A DNA stretch of 64,000 nt from Chiloscyllium plagiosum (lineage: Eukaryota). Below, one piece after another: positions 1 through 14,000 of this stretch. The notes beneath the pieces are model-generated. The model saw only the letters and a program-made list of their open reading frames with translations. It made no database searches and was not told where the DNA came from. The position numbers and the translations under genes were made by a program. The stretch lies in NCBI RefSeq assembly GCF_004010195.1, contig NC_057719.1, positions 49,189,336 to 49,253,335 on the forward strand. The letters run 5' to 3'. Numbering within the stretch: position 1 is the first letter of the stretch; each line of letters opens with the position of its first letter.

Positions 1-2952
1 TAGGTAGTGGAATTTGAATTCATTAAGAACATCTGGAATTAAGAATCTACTGATGACCATTAAACCATTGTTTATTGTAGGAAAACTCAATCTGGCTCAT
101 TAATGTCCTTCAGGGAAGGAAGCCTGCCATCTTTGTCCGGCCTGGCCTACATGTGACTCCAAACCCACAGCCATGTGGTTGACTCTCAGCTGCCCTCTGA
201 AATGGCCTAGCAAGCCACTCAGTTTTATCAGTCGCTGCAAAGTCTCAACAAAGAAATAAAATCGGATGTATTACCTGGCACCAGAAAAGGCAATAGTAAA
301 AATAGACCTATCAACTATGCACAGTTTTCCTTACTAACATATAGGGATTAGTGCTAAAATTGGGAGAGCTGTCTCACAGACTAGTCAAGCAAACGCCTGA
401 TATACCTTACAAATGATATCCCAAGATTTGTCCTGTCCTGCTGGCAGAACAACCTAGCAGGGTGGCGACACAGTATACTGTTGGGAGGGAGTTGCCCTGG
501 GAATCCTCAACATTGACTCTGGGTCCTATGAAGTCTCATGGCTTTAGATTAAACATAGGCAAGAAAACCTCTTGCTGATTACCACATACCATCCCCCCTC
601 AGCTAATGAACCAGTTTTGCACCATCTTGAACAACACTTAGAGGAAATACTGCGAGTGGCAAGAGTGCAAATATACTCTCGGCGGGGGATTTCACTGTCC
701 ACCACCAAGATAGCGTCCGCATCAGTGCTACTTATTGAGTTGGTTGGGTGCTAACTGCAAGACAGGTTGTGTGGGAGGTGGTGAGGGAACCAACAAGAGC
801 AGAAAAACATACTTGACTTCATCATTACCAATCTGCCAGCTGCAGGTGCATCTGTCCATGACAATATTGGTAAGAGTAACCACCACACAGCCCTTTATGG
901 AGACAAAGTCTTGATTTCACATTGAGAATGCCCTCCAACATGTTGTGTGGCACTATCACTATGCTAAATGGGACTGACTTCGAACAACCAAACAACTCTA
1001 AACATCCTGAGACACTGTGGGCCATCAGCAGCAGTGGAATTATGCTCCAGTACAATCTGAAATCTCATGGCCTGGAGTATCCAATACTGAACCATTACCA
1101 TCAAGCCAGGGGATCAACCATGGTTCAATGGAGAGTGCAGGAGGGTATGCCAGATGCAGCCCCCACATACTAAAAATGAGGTGTCAACCTGGTGCAGCCT
1201 CAAAACATGCCAAACATCATAAGCAGCAAGTGATAGATCTAAGCTCTGCAGTCCTACCACATCCAGTCATGAATGGTGGTGGACAGTTGAACAACTCATC
1301 GGGATATGAGGCAATGTGAGTATCCTCATTTTCAAAGATGGAACAGCATGCAAAAAGTAAGGCTGAAGCGTTTGCAGCAACATTCACCTAGAGGAGGCAA
1401 GTGGATGATCCATTCAGATTCCTCCAGTCATCCCGAGCATTACAGAAACCAGTCGTCTTCAATTTACCTCACTCCACTTGATATCAAGAAACAGTTGAAA
1501 GCAGTGATACTGCAAAGGCTATGGGCCCTGACAACATTCCGGCATTTGAAACGCAGCAGAACATGCCACTCACTTAAAATATTTGCATCTGTCTGACAAT
1601 GTGCAAAATTGCCCCAAGTATGTCCTGTAAATACAAAGCAGGACAAATCTAACCAGGCCAGTCACTGCTCCATCAGTCTACTCTGAGACATCAGTAAAGT
1701 GATGGAAGATGCTGTCAAGTAGCACCTGCTTAATAATAACTCAGTTTGTAATGCCCAGTTTGAGTTCTGCCAGGACCATTCAGCTGCTGACCTCATTATA
1801 GCCTTATTTCAACGTGGACAAAACAGCTGAATTCCAGAGATGAGCTGAGTGTGTCAGACCTTGACATGAAGGCTGCATTCAACAGGGTGCGGCATCAAGG
1901 AGCTCTATCAAAATTGGAATCAATGGGAATCAGGGCAAACTCTCCAATGTTTGTAGTCATACCTGGCACATGGGAAGATGGCACGTGTTGGAGGCCAGTA
2001 ATCTCTGCTACCAGATATCTTTGCAGGAGTTCTTTAAGGTAGTGTCCTAGGCCCAACTGTCTTTAGTTGCTTCATCAATGACCTTCCCTCCATCCTAAGG
2101 TCAGAAGTGGACATATGTGCCAATGATTGTATAAAGTTCAGGACCGTTCACAGCTCTAGAGATACTGGAGCAGTCCATGTTCAAGTGCAGCAAGTTCTGG
2201 ACAATATCCAGGCTTGGGCTGATAAGTGGCAAGTCACATTCACACCACACAAACACCAAATAATAACTATTTCCAAGAAGAGGCAATCAAATGGATGACC
2301 TTTTGACCTTCAGTGGTAATAATCACTAATTCCCTGACTATCAACATCATTGGGGTTACCATTGACTAGAAACTCAACTGGACTTGCCACAAGATCATGT
2401 CAGTGGCTAGGAATACTGCGGTGAGAAGCTCACTTTGTGACTGCTCAAAACCTGTTCATCATATGCTAGGGGTGTGATAGAATGCCTGGACATGTACAGC
2501 TTCAACAACAGTCGAATTTTGACATGATCCAGAACACAGTAGTGTATTTGATTGACATTACATCCACAAGCATCCACTCTCTCCACCACCAACGCTCAGT
2601 GGCAGCAGATTGTATTATGTACCAGATGTGCTGCAGAAATTCACCAAAGATCTTCTGACAGAACCTTCCAAACCCATGACTATCTAGAAGGACAAGGGCA
2701 GAAGATGTATGGGAGCACCACCACCTGTAAGTTCCCTTCCAAGTGACTCACCATCCTGACTTGGAAATATCACGCTGTTCCTTCACTGTTGCTAGGTGAA
2801 ATTTTGGAATTTCCTCCCTAAGGGCATTGTCCCTACAGCACATGTACTGCAACAGTGCAAGTAGACTGTTTACCACCCCACTGCCACTATCACCACCAGA
2901 AGGGCAGCTAGGGTGGACAATACATGCTGGCCAGATGGCAGTGCACATATCC
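1..2952 (+). mobile_element. Old degenerate LINE (CR1/L2 group), APE endonuclease plus RT remnants, with a SINE-like 5' region
   Basis: Frame fragments LITTYHPP (endonuclease), DLDMKAAFNRVRH, and ICANDC...LDNIQAWADKWQVTF (RT, decayed YADD); many stops and frameshifts; 3' tail gggcagctagggtggacaatacatgctggcc. Confidence 0.8.
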
Positions 2953-3899
2953 TAAGGGGGAATAGTCGCTGTCAAAATTGTACATAAAATGCTAACTGTG
3001 ACCTTGTACAAATTGTTGCCTTTTAGCTCAATGAGCAAAATACTACTTTTTAATAACGTTTTCTCCGTGGTTTCACATAATTATATATTTGAATTCCTAA
3101 TTACCTCTGGTATCCAGAAGCTTCAATGAATTTCTATTGTGCACAAACTCAAAAGTAATTGTATAAAGGTTATGATCTTTAAAGATTTTTCATTTGAGTT
3201 GTTTAAGCACCAATCATGAAAGAATCGATATTGTCGAGAATGGACAGGCCTGCTTTCGAGATTAGGTGCAGCTACAGGATTAAATCTAGTGGTGTACTTG
3301 TAATTGTAATTTAGTAACTTATTCAGTTCAATTGACTAAACCAACCAGAATCAGTTAACCAGTAAGCATGTTCTCTAGTGTGAAAAAATATTCATGGAAA
3401 GGGCAGACCATACAGAAACCCTAAGCAGATTGAACATTCAATTTTATGGTCTCATTTCCTCACACTTTTGAAAATGTAAACCATAATGCATTACATCATA
3501 ATCTTTGCCATATCTGAAGAGTTCTGCAATAGAACATAAGTTTAATTTAAAAATAGAAAGCATGGATTTTTGATAGTTCAAACCAAAGATTTCAGATGCC
3601 TGCTGTTTAACATGCAATTAATATCAAATGCTTTCTGCATCACATTCAAGATCCTTTTTCTGTACAGATTTACAGAAAGCTGTTAAATTAGATTGATATT
3701 GAGGTTTCCAAAATGCAGGTGACAGTAAAAACAATGTATGTGTCTTGACACTTATTTTTCCTTTTTGAGCACTTGTGCTTTTTTACATTTGGATATACTT
3801 TTCATGTGTTTTATAATTGAAATGTGTAATCTTTGGAAGGAAAGACGTGAAACATATTGTTGATAGAATTAGATGAAGAGGTGTGAGAAAAGGCTTGTA

Positions 3900-4335
3900 C
3901 AAAGAACAGCATAGGACTCTAACAGGTCCTTCAGCCTACCAAACATGCACTGACACATGAGGTGTTTCCAAACTAAAAAAACCTTTTGCCTCCATGTGGT
4001 CCATCTCCCTCTATTCTCTGCCTATTCATATATCTGTCAAGATGCCTCTTAAACATGGCTATTATAATAATGCCATCATTGTGAAGTTTGGCCAAATGAC
4101 TTGTTTTAGTGCTGCATCTCCATCTAACTTTGTGCTGAAGCAGATAAGAAATCATATTTATCAGAGTTCTCCAACTATTTCACTACAGTTAACAATGTTA
4201 GATATAGGAGCAGGAGTAAGCCATGTGGCTGTCAAGCGTACTCCTCCATTCATTGTAATTGTGACTGATCTGCCTTGCTTCCACTTTCTTGTTTGCTCCC
4301 CATGTCCTTTGATTCTTAGGGATCAAAAATTTTCT
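3900..4335 (-). mobile_element. Short decayed CR1-type 3'-end fragments
   Basis: The minus strand reads FKRHLDRYMNRQRIEG, like the CR1 ORF2 end in other copies; a second tail-like fragment lies at 4195-4330. Confidence 0.5.
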
Positions 4336-5189
4336 CTTGCCAATTTTTTGTTTTCAGTAGAGAGCGGCATGTAAAGTGCCAGTTTTAGTGAATAGTCCAC
4401 AACTGAAACATAACCTCACTGATGCTTCCTGGTCTGCTGAGTGTTTCTAATATTTGAATGTTCAGTGTTTTTGTGAGCAGTGATGGAAAACAATACAAGG
4501 AGAGAAAAGGGTTGGAAAGTTGAATATTTGTTATCAGGGAAATAATTGGGATTTTTATACACTGAATATGAATTGCAATGCAACTACAGTATCAGAAATT
4601 TAAACTGGGAAGCAGGTTGATGTTTATTGAGGAGATAATGGCATTGGAAATTCCTGCTGAGCAATGAAGGGCTGTTCAGTTGTTTTCACCGCAGTAAATT
4701 TGAAACCAAATTGCCTATCAAGTGAAAAAAAGTTTGATGGTTTCCTATTTACATATTTGCAAAAGTTTAATATTTCAGCTCATTGTAATTATAAAACAGA
4801 TACATATTTATCAAATTTAACAAAAAGAATATAAACATATTTTACTTTCTGGTTTGCTGTCTGAGAAATCTCAGTATGATTTTATTTTGGGGCGAGTCTC
4901 CATTGAGCATGATTGAAACCCATGGAATCTTCTGCAAGAACTCTGTACTTAGTGTTTTGTATATCTCTTTTCTTCACATTAAGTGACAGTTGCCCTGCCT
5001 TCCAGCTTTCTCTGCTGAATCATCTGATTCACAGATGGCAGTTGTATTTAATTTCCTGTTCATCAATAACTTTGAAGGTGATAACTCATCCTTATTAATG
5101 AGGATTGGTAACTTGGAGCATGATTTCAAACCTTTGATTCCTTTGGTGATGCTTGTATTGTTTATACTCCTTGCTCAGCTGCAGGAAAT

Positions 5190-5385
5190 GACATCACCAC
5201 AGGAAATGATAGCACCAAACATATAAATAGAAAGCAGGAATCATCAGCAGTGCTTCGTCCGGAGGCTCACTGAAGATGTTACCTGGTATAATGACGAAAT
5301 GTCTGAAAATGAACCTTCCAGCTCAATGAGCAAACCTACGTCCAGAACCTCAACCTGAGCTACAAATCTTCCCAAAACTTGCTAG
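5190..5385 (+). mobile_element. Penelope-like family B terminal repeat (pLTR) with hammerhead motif
   Basis: Colinear with the 3' part of the GIY-YIG-bearing copy at 39540-39690; contains ctgaaga-t-gttac...tgac-gaaat-gtc. Confidence 0.7.
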
Positions 5386-5769
5386 TAATGAAGATCTTCC
5401 CTTTGAATTCATGTAAAACGTTTCTTAGGTCCTTCTGTACCTTGAATGAAAAATGTTTCTTTTTTTCCTCTTGGCTGTTAGCAGCACATGGAATCCAATT
5501 ATCAGTTACTTCCTGTATATAGTGAGTGATGTCTGGCTGCCAGACTGGCTGTTGTATCCTCATGTGACACTTTGTGATTCCCTAATGTGATGACAACGTT
5601 TTTGAAGAATTTCAAGTCAAAGAACCCTGGGTGTTACTAATGTTTTGTTAAAGACTAGCAAATCATTAATTGCAGATGTCTGAGTTGTTCAAAGTAATGA
5701 CTTGGTATTGGATTGTTAGATACGCAGCCGAGCCATTTGTCCAAACAGTGTTTTTCTTCTTGTTTTTTT

Positions 5770-5965
5770 AAATTAATTTATGGGATATAGATATTGCTGG
5801 CTGCACTAGCACTTATTGCCCTTTAGAAGGTGATGAGCTGCAGCATTGAACTGCTGTAGTCATGTGCTGTAGGCAGAGCCACATTTCTGAAACTCCCTTC
5901 CCAGCAGCATTTTGACATAACACTGAAGGAGCTGTGATATATTTCCAATTCAGGACGGTGAGCGT
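5770..5965 (-). mobile_element. 3' end fragment of the old LINE family seen at 1-2952
   Basis: The reverse complement resembles about 2750-2950 (catcctgacttggaaatatc...cttcactgt..., and the tail). Confidence 0.6.
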
Positions 5966-7184
5966 TGTGTATCTGTTTCAATTTTCTTTCAGTGGCTAGT
6001 AAGTGTTTAGTTATTTCTCAATGAAGTCTATATCATCATATTGTGTTCCACTTAATGGTAACCTTGAAAGTGATTCTGCTGTTGTTTTGATACTTTTCAC
6101 ATGCACATCTTGTAGTTAAGCATTCATCTGAACTACTGATTTCGGGGCTGCATCTTGGCAATTGCTTTTGACTCAGTGACCAAGTTTCTAGTCAGTTTCA
6201 ATGTTGAACTGTGAGCCCACCCCATTACCTGAAACATTCATGCCCGTGGTACTGCTAAACCTTCTTTCTCGATTGTAACCTAACCCTGTTCTGCCTGTTA
6301 GAAATTTTGAGCATAGTAAACTGATTCGCATTTTACTCCTTTCATTACTTGAAATACTATTGCTCTCAATCTTGTTGAAGATGTATAGTCACTAGGCATG
6401 GATCGCAATGTGCTAAGGTTTCTAAAAAGATTGCTTTTGTCAAAAGGTTTGATTTTGTCAAAAGCTATTTTTCTTGACATTCCAGCAACATTTGTTGAAA
6501 AAAACTATCTCAGTTTCTGTAATCTCTGCCAAATTTGGGCAAAACATTTGCACTTCAGTTCATGTCCTAAGGAATCTTTGAAGTTCTGTGATTTTACTAA
6601 GTTTCTCCTCTTTAGTAGATCGAGTAATTTCAGTAGCTTGAACAACATACCAAAGAAATGTTATCTTCAGTTTTATAAACTTGCATTTCTCATTGTGTTA
6701 GCTTGCATTTTGTGTAGGTAAAGTTCAGAAGGTTTAGAGGAGGTGTGATTGAATGAATCACTTTAAAGTGTTATTGCATGAAAAAGGAATCCAACCACTT
6801 TTCTCACATTTCACAAACCACAAGTTAAATAGATGATTTACTGATCTACTTTTGGTGATGATGATGATGATGCAGGTAAGGGGGAATCTCAATTCTCTTT
6901 AAGTAACAGGGCAGGGTCATGAAACTCACCTGATCAGAAAAATTAGAACTTGATTATGCCTCCCATATGTACTGCTCATAATGTATCACTCTGTGAAAAA
7001 TAACCACATCTAGGTTAAGTGTTGAAATACCAGTGAAAAACAAAGATTCATAGCTTGGGTGAGTGTGTGACCAACTGAACCAAAATCAGGCTTAGCAACT
7101 ACTGAGGATTGTTTCAGTGGAAGTATGGGATGGGATAGAGTGTGAGATACTACAGATAGAGTGGATGGTGCAAATTGTGAAGCA

Positions 7185-7403
7185 GGAGGAGAAAGTGAGG
7201 TCTGCAGATGCTGGAGATCAAAGTTGAAACTTTATTGCTGGAACAGCACAGCAGGTCAGGCAGCATCCAGGGAACAGGAGATTCGACGTTTCGGGCACAG
7301 GCCCTTCTTCAGGAATGAAGAAGGGCCTGTGCCCGAAACGTCGAATCTCCTGTTCCCTGGATGCTGCCTGACCTGCTGTGCTGTTCCAGCAATAAAGTTT
7401 CAA
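7185..7403. mobile_element. Penelope family A pLTR fold-back insertion with 14-bp TSD
   Basis: Perfect 88-bp inverted repeat 7224-7311/7316-7403 with a ggaa spacer; caaattgtgaagca is duplicated at 7171-7184 and 7401-7414. Confidence 0.85.
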
Positions 7404-7810
7404 ATTGTGAAGCATGCAGCATTAGAGATAAGTGGTGTGTTGTGCTATGTTGGGATTTGCAGGCATATATGAGCAATTTGAAATTATGTTTGAGCTCAAC
7501 CGTTGGGCATCAGTATGGTGGTAAAAATTAGAATGGAGACTGATTTTTATCCTTTTGAAGCTTTGACCAATTGAGCACCAACTAAACTCTAGTAAAGTCT
7601 GCAGCCCAAAACCACAAGTCAGAGGATAATATGCTTCCTGGATTTACTTTTAGAAAGATGAAAAACTGAGTAAAGTTAGTGTGGTATTTAATTCTTCAGG
7701 ACCACTGTATCCTAAATATTAATTATTAGTGTCTTTCAAAATGAAATATTTGGATAATGCCCTAATGCATGAGTAACCCTAATTTTGATGCTTCATTTTC
7801 ATGCCCATAG

Positions 7811-8005
7811 ATTGCTTTCCAGCATTTCCAAGAGTTGGATGAACATATCAGCTATGTAGCAACAAAAGTTTGTCACCTTGGAGACCAATTGGAAGGCGTA
7901 AATACACCAAGGCAACGGGCTGTAGAGGCACAGAAACTGATGAAATACTTTAATGAGTTTCTGGATGGAGAACTGAAGTCAGATGTTTTCACAAATCCAG
8001 AAAAG
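7811..8005 (+). CDS. EXOC5: EXOC5 exon (approx. human exon 4): IAFQHFQELDEH...SDVFTNPEK
   Basis: Acceptor cccatag|ATT and donor AAG|gtaagc; 195 nt; overlaps ORF 7835..8134. Confidence 0.96.
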
Positions 8006-11000
8006 GTAAGCGCTGTCAGCAGGATAAAAATGGTTCAAAGCAGTAAGCAGTGTTTCTATCTAATTACAAACTGCTACTATGACTTCCCCGGTAAGACTTC
8101 AAACCACAGAGCCTCAACTTTTCAAAGAGTCTAACCGTTTCATTATTCAGAAATGTGAATTAAAAATGGTAACCTGCAGAGTGCTGATAAAGCATTTGTT
8201 AGTGTTTTTTTTTAAATTTTATTTTCCAATTTTACTAATTAGGCTAAGACCTTTGGCTCATGGCTTATTCATATTCACATGGATAAAGAAGCAAGGTTCC
8301 CCCCATTGTTTCATTATTCTTTAATTGAATTCTATTGTGTGGCTAAAGAATTTTAATAAAAATGTATCAGCTGCATAAGTGAGGAATAAATTGGCTCCAA
8401 GAAAAGTTTTTTTTTTAATTTTAGAAGGCAAAATCTAGAATTCAGTTCAATAGTTGAATTTTAAAGCTCTTTAGTCAGTTACAGCTGCTAGCAGTAAAGT
8501 AATTCTATGTATGTCTGGACATATAAATACTGTGGTTAAATTAGTATGATTGGAAAAACACCTAACATGTCCATTCCCTTGTTGCTATTAGCATAAAGTT
8601 TAAGAATGCATATCTTGGAGTTTGAAGTATGCCTCCTCATTCACTGTAATCCCTCCAATGGCTGTTAAAATAAACCATACAACTTATTTTAACAATTGAC
8701 ATCGCTAACTGAAATGACAAAAACCATTCTCTGGCATTCATTAAGGAAGCACTTGGCAGTAGAATGGAAGTAATTGCTAGAAGATTAATAGTTAGAAATC
8801 ACTAAAGCACTGATTCTGCTTCATAACAAAGAAGAACATGCCATTTTAAAAAAATCAGGAGAAATGGCAAGCAGAGTTGTGCCTAAATACCATTTGCCCG
8901 ACAGCATAAAGTTCAACTCAATGCACACTGTTTAAGATCTGCCCCCTCCCTGCCACAGTAATCCATGCATTCGTTCCTCATTCCACTCTCAAAATTCAGT
9001 TGTTCACTTTCCAATTTCTTCAAATGTGAAAGCTCCATCCCTGCCTGAAACAGCTGAAGCTCAATAAGAGTAGACCATTCCTGCCTATACCCACAATACA
9101 GGGAAAAATTTCCCCATTTCCGAACTAAGATGGAGTAAAACCCTTGTCACTACAGATCTAAGAGTGCTAACCATTTCTCCCCCACCTATAAACATTAAAG
9201 AGCGGAAATAATTGTCCACCCTCTTTCAATGAAAAATGTTCACCCACCCATTTGAGCTGCATCCACTTTCTTCTCATTGTCTTCTCCATTCTCTGACTCT
9301 TGCTCCCATAAACACTCACCTTCCCAATGTCCAGGCATTTTGCTACTGCTATTTGATAGGGCTGTTAAGGCATACGGTGTGTTAGCTTTTATTATGAGAG
9401 GGATCAAGTTTCGGAAGCATGAGGTCATGCTGCAGCTGTACAAAACTCTGATGTGGCTGTACTTGGAGTATTATGTGCAGTTCTGGTCACCACATTATGG
9501 GAAGGATTTGGAAGCTTTGGAAAGGGTTCAGAGGAGAATTACTAGGATGTTGCATGGTATGGAGGGAAAGTCTTATGAGGAAAGGCCGAGGGACTTGAGG
9601 CTTTTTTGTTAGAGGAGAAGGTTGAGAGGTGACATAATTGAGACATATAAGGTAATCAGAGGGTTAGATTGGGTGGATAGTGAGAGCCTTTTTCCCAGGA
9701 TGGTGATCAATAGCATGTGAGGGCGTAGCTTTAAATTGAGGGATGATATATATAGGACAGATGTCAGAGGTAGTTTCTTTACTCAGAGCAGTCAGGGTGT
9801 GGAACACATTGCCTGTGCCAGTTGTAGAAATCCAGCATTCCTCCCATTGACAAGGAAATAGGCTCTGATCTAATACCACGTGACCCTTTTTCTCCTTTTC
9901 CTCCAAACATTTCCACACTCCACTACTTTCAATTTTCCTGCTATTCCCCTCACCACTAAAGGAAAGGACTATGATCCAATGTCCCACTTCTGCCATTCTT
10001 GGTTTGCATCATTTTGTGACTCTTGTCTGTCTTCTATCCCAACCTCATACCATTTTCCTTAACCTCATGCTCCTCCTGCCCCTGCAGTATGATGATCAAG
10101 TTAACTACCTACCTTCTACCTACCTACCTTGAGCTGAATACTGCACTTGTCTTTTCTCTCAGTACAATGCCATGGGTGATTAATTAGTATCTGAGTACAA
10201 TTCTAGTATTGTTTAGTGGTAATATGAACTAGAATAAAAATGTGGTACATTTTTCACAGATCTTAGCACCCTGCAGTCTCAACTGCAGCAAATAATAGTG
10301 TGAATAAAGTGTAATGAGATTATATAGTTGTTGCAACTTTAAATAGTTCTATCTTTCCATAAAACTTGCTCTAACATAGTCCTATTAGGAGTTCTGCACT
10401 CGTCGTATTATAGAATGAAAGACTTGCATTTCTATTGTGCCTTTCTCATGATTTTCATTAGCCAAAAAAGTACTCGGGTAAAGTGTAGTCAGTGCTATAA
10501 TATGGTGATTAATTTATTCCCCTGTCAACATCACTAACTGGATTATATTTTGCTTAATCCTTCTCTGCAATATTTATTGTTTTCATTTATTCGAAGTTTA
10601 TGATTACAAGGAAGCTGATTTATAAAAATGTGTAGTGTTTTGAAGGAAGCTAATTGCAACCAGTATTGCACATTACTCTTAATTCTCACATTGAAAAATC
10701 AGTACTTTGTGGCAAAATTACAAGTTAAAATGCTGATGTGCTTTTTTTCCTGTTCAAAAATTAAGAGTAATAATATAGCATCACTGGCCAACTCAGTGCC
10801 TTTAAGTAGCCAGCAAGATTTCTATAAATCATTGTATATTGATGATGCTCAATTTGTGAATGATATGCTGGCCAGTTAGGTTGGTAAAACAAGAGCATGA
10901 ATAACTAGCATAGTCTTTGTGCCGTTTATTTGTTTGTTTATAGTTTCCAAGCTTTCGTTTTATTTTTAATGTCTCAATTATACTTCAGTTTGACCAATCA

Positions 11001-14000
11001 AAAATTATATTCTTAGCTAACTTTGGAAGTGCAAACTAGCAAATCATTAAATTCGACATGCTAGTTTAATAATTTAATCTTTTTCTTCTCTCTCTCCTTC
11101 AAAAAATCAAAAGTATTTTTAACTTCATGGTTGAATGTCACATTTTTCCTTCAGATTAAAGAAGCAGCTGATATCATTCAGAAGTTGCACCTTATTGCTC
11201 AAGAACTGCCCTTTGACAGGTGAGCCAATAATTCATGGTAGAAGCTTGTTTGAAAACTTGAAAGTGGTAGTTTGAAAATTATAAGTGATTTACTTATGAA
11301 AATATTTTTACCCTAATTGAAGAGGATTTAAGAAGTAAGCCATGTTAACAAAGTAACCATACACCACAATGAAGTGCTCTTTTTTTCTTTCTCGTTTTAA
11401 ATAAAATGCTTCTGGGTTCAGTGCAATGATACATTGAAAATCAAATGCTTCACTAGTGAGATCATGACTTTGTTTTAAATGTGTGAATTAAAGATAAGGA
11501 GATCATTTATGGATCCAAATTTTAATTTTTGAGTATGTAGATCTTATTGTCATTTATAGATTATATATGCATGTATCATAAATAGCTCTTCAGTGTTCTG
11601 CACACATCCAGATATTGAATAAAGAGTAAAGGATATGACTCGCGCTTTTGCGATGTATCTTAAATTAATGTTTTTTTTCACCCCTAGGTTTGCAGAAGTG
11701 AAGTCAAAAATTGCAAGTGAGTTATTTTGACTCTTTTTGTTGCTATTACAGAAAACCTCAATTGGCATGTTCTAAAATATGGTTCAGTCACCATTGTTCT
11801 GCCAGCATGACTTAAGAAATGGTGAAATACAATAATAGATTGATGACAAATTGGAGAGATGTCCAACTGTTTTAAAACAAATTGGTTTGCAAATCTCTGT
11901 GGTAAAAACAATGACTGCAGAGGCTGGAAACCAGATTCTGGATTAGTGGTGCTGGAAGAGCACAGCAGTTCAGGCAGCATCCGAGGAGCAGTAAAATCGA
12001 CGTTTCGGGCAAAAGCCCTTCATCAGGAATAAAGGCAGAGAGCCTGAAGGGTGGAATTGTTGCCCTGGGGTTGAAGTGTTCCGAGGCGGAAGATGAGGCG
12101 TTCTTCCTCCAGGCGTCTGGTGGTGAGGGAGCGGCGGTGAAGGAGGCCCAGGACCTCCATGTCCTCGGTAGAGTGGGAGTGGGAGTTGAAATGTTGGGCC
12201 ACGGGGCGGTGTGGTTGATTGGTGCGGGTATCCCAGAGATGTTCGCTAAAGCGCACCGCTAGGAGGCGTCCAGTCTCCCCAATGTAGAGGAGACCACATC
12301 GGGAGCAACGGGTACAATATCAAGTTACGATTGATGGAACTTGCATGTTTTGGCCAGTTTTTATCTGTCTAAAATCTGAATTTGCTACCCCTTTTAATGA
12401 TTTTATAATTATTAGATCTTGAGTACCAAGTAAAGTAAAATGTGGTTTGTGATCTCTGTAGGTAAATATCATGACTTGGAATGCCAGTTGATTCAGGAAT
12501 TTACAAATGCACAGAGAAGAGGTGAAATTTCCAGGATGCGTGAGGTTGCAGCAGTTTTACTTCATTTTAAGGTATTCATTTTATCCGTGTCATTCTGTGG
12601 AGCAGAAAGTTGAAACTGAAAAATTTATGCAGTGTTGGAATTCAACAGATACTTTTTACTTTTTCAACATGTCTACTTTATATTTGTTGAAATATCTTAA
12701 GTGAAATAAGCAGCATTTGTGTCGGTAATTAGCATCCATCCGGCTTTGTATATTACACATCTGTGACGTGTCGGTGTCTCATTCTCTTTTTCTCTCTCCT
12801 CCTCTCTCTTTCCTTCATTTCATTGCTTGGAATCTCGTCAACTGTGACTGCTCAAATTGCATCAGTTTATTCTTTCATGCAGCTTGGAGTGTCACAACTG
12901 GCAAAAGTAATGACCTCAAGCATAAATGTTTGAGACCGAATTAAACTTGGTAAAAGCATTAAAAGACGCTCATGGGTAAAGTTAATTGAGATGATTTGAT
13001 GTGTGTAACTTTTTTTTCTCTTTATACTTGGAACTTGGAGAAGCAAAAAAATTCAATGGGAAAAAGTAAATAGGAAATCTTTGAGTGCCTTGTAACTAAG
13101 TTAGCTATTTCATTTTGTTGCCTCCTTTTGTCTTTTTGCTGCAATTCTGTATTCCACTGAGTTCACATCCAGAATCCTCAACTGCTCCTCATATGATAAA
13201 CCCTTCATTGCTGTGATCATTCTGTAAACTTTCTATGTAACACTTCCAAAGCCAGCACATCCATCCTTCAATATGGGGCACAAAACTGCTCACTGTATTC
13301 CAAATGTGGTCTGTCCAGAGCCTCACTAGTATATCTGTGCTCTGTGGAAATCAGTGCAAACATTGTTTGCCTTTCTTACTGCCAACTGAACCTGCACGTT
13401 AATCTTAAGACAATCCTGAACTTGAACTACCAAGTCACTTTGTGCTTCAGATTTCTGAAGTGTCTCCCTGTTTAATCTACGCCTTTATTTTTCCCATTAA
13501 AGTGCTGAATCTTTCACGTAATCCCATCTGCCACTTCTTTGCCCATGTTTTCAGCCTTCTGCAGCCTCCCACTTCCTGACTCTACCTGTCTGTCCAGCAG
13601 TCTTTGTGTCATCAGCAAACTTAGCAACAATGCCCTCCATTCCTTTGTCCAGTGGGTTAATATATAATGTGAATAGTTGTGTTCCCAACACTGAACAATC
13701 CAAAACTCCACCAGTGACCAGTTGTCATCCCGAAGAGGACATCTTTATTCCCATTCTGCCAGTCAGGAAATTCTCTTTCCATGCCAGTACCTTGCCCCTA
13801 ATGGAATGGGTTCTTATCTTCTGTATGGCACCTTGTTGAAAGTCCTTTGGCAATCCGAATAGATCGTTTGTCTAACTTGTTACCTCCTTCAAAGAATCTT
13901 AATAGATTGATGAAGCTGCGCTGACCTAACCCTATTTTACCAAGCATTTAGAGCCATAGAGTCACAGATGTACGGCACGGAAACAGATTCTTCTGTCCAA

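Noticed and set aside
7161..7472. Two opposite-strand ORFs with nearly the same peptide
   Set aside because: A direct consequence of the 88-bp inverted repeat; no coding signal.
3000..7810. Search for EXOC5 exons 1-3
   Set aside because: No sequence encoding the expected N-terminal peptides was found by eye; they are presumed to lie upstream of the window.
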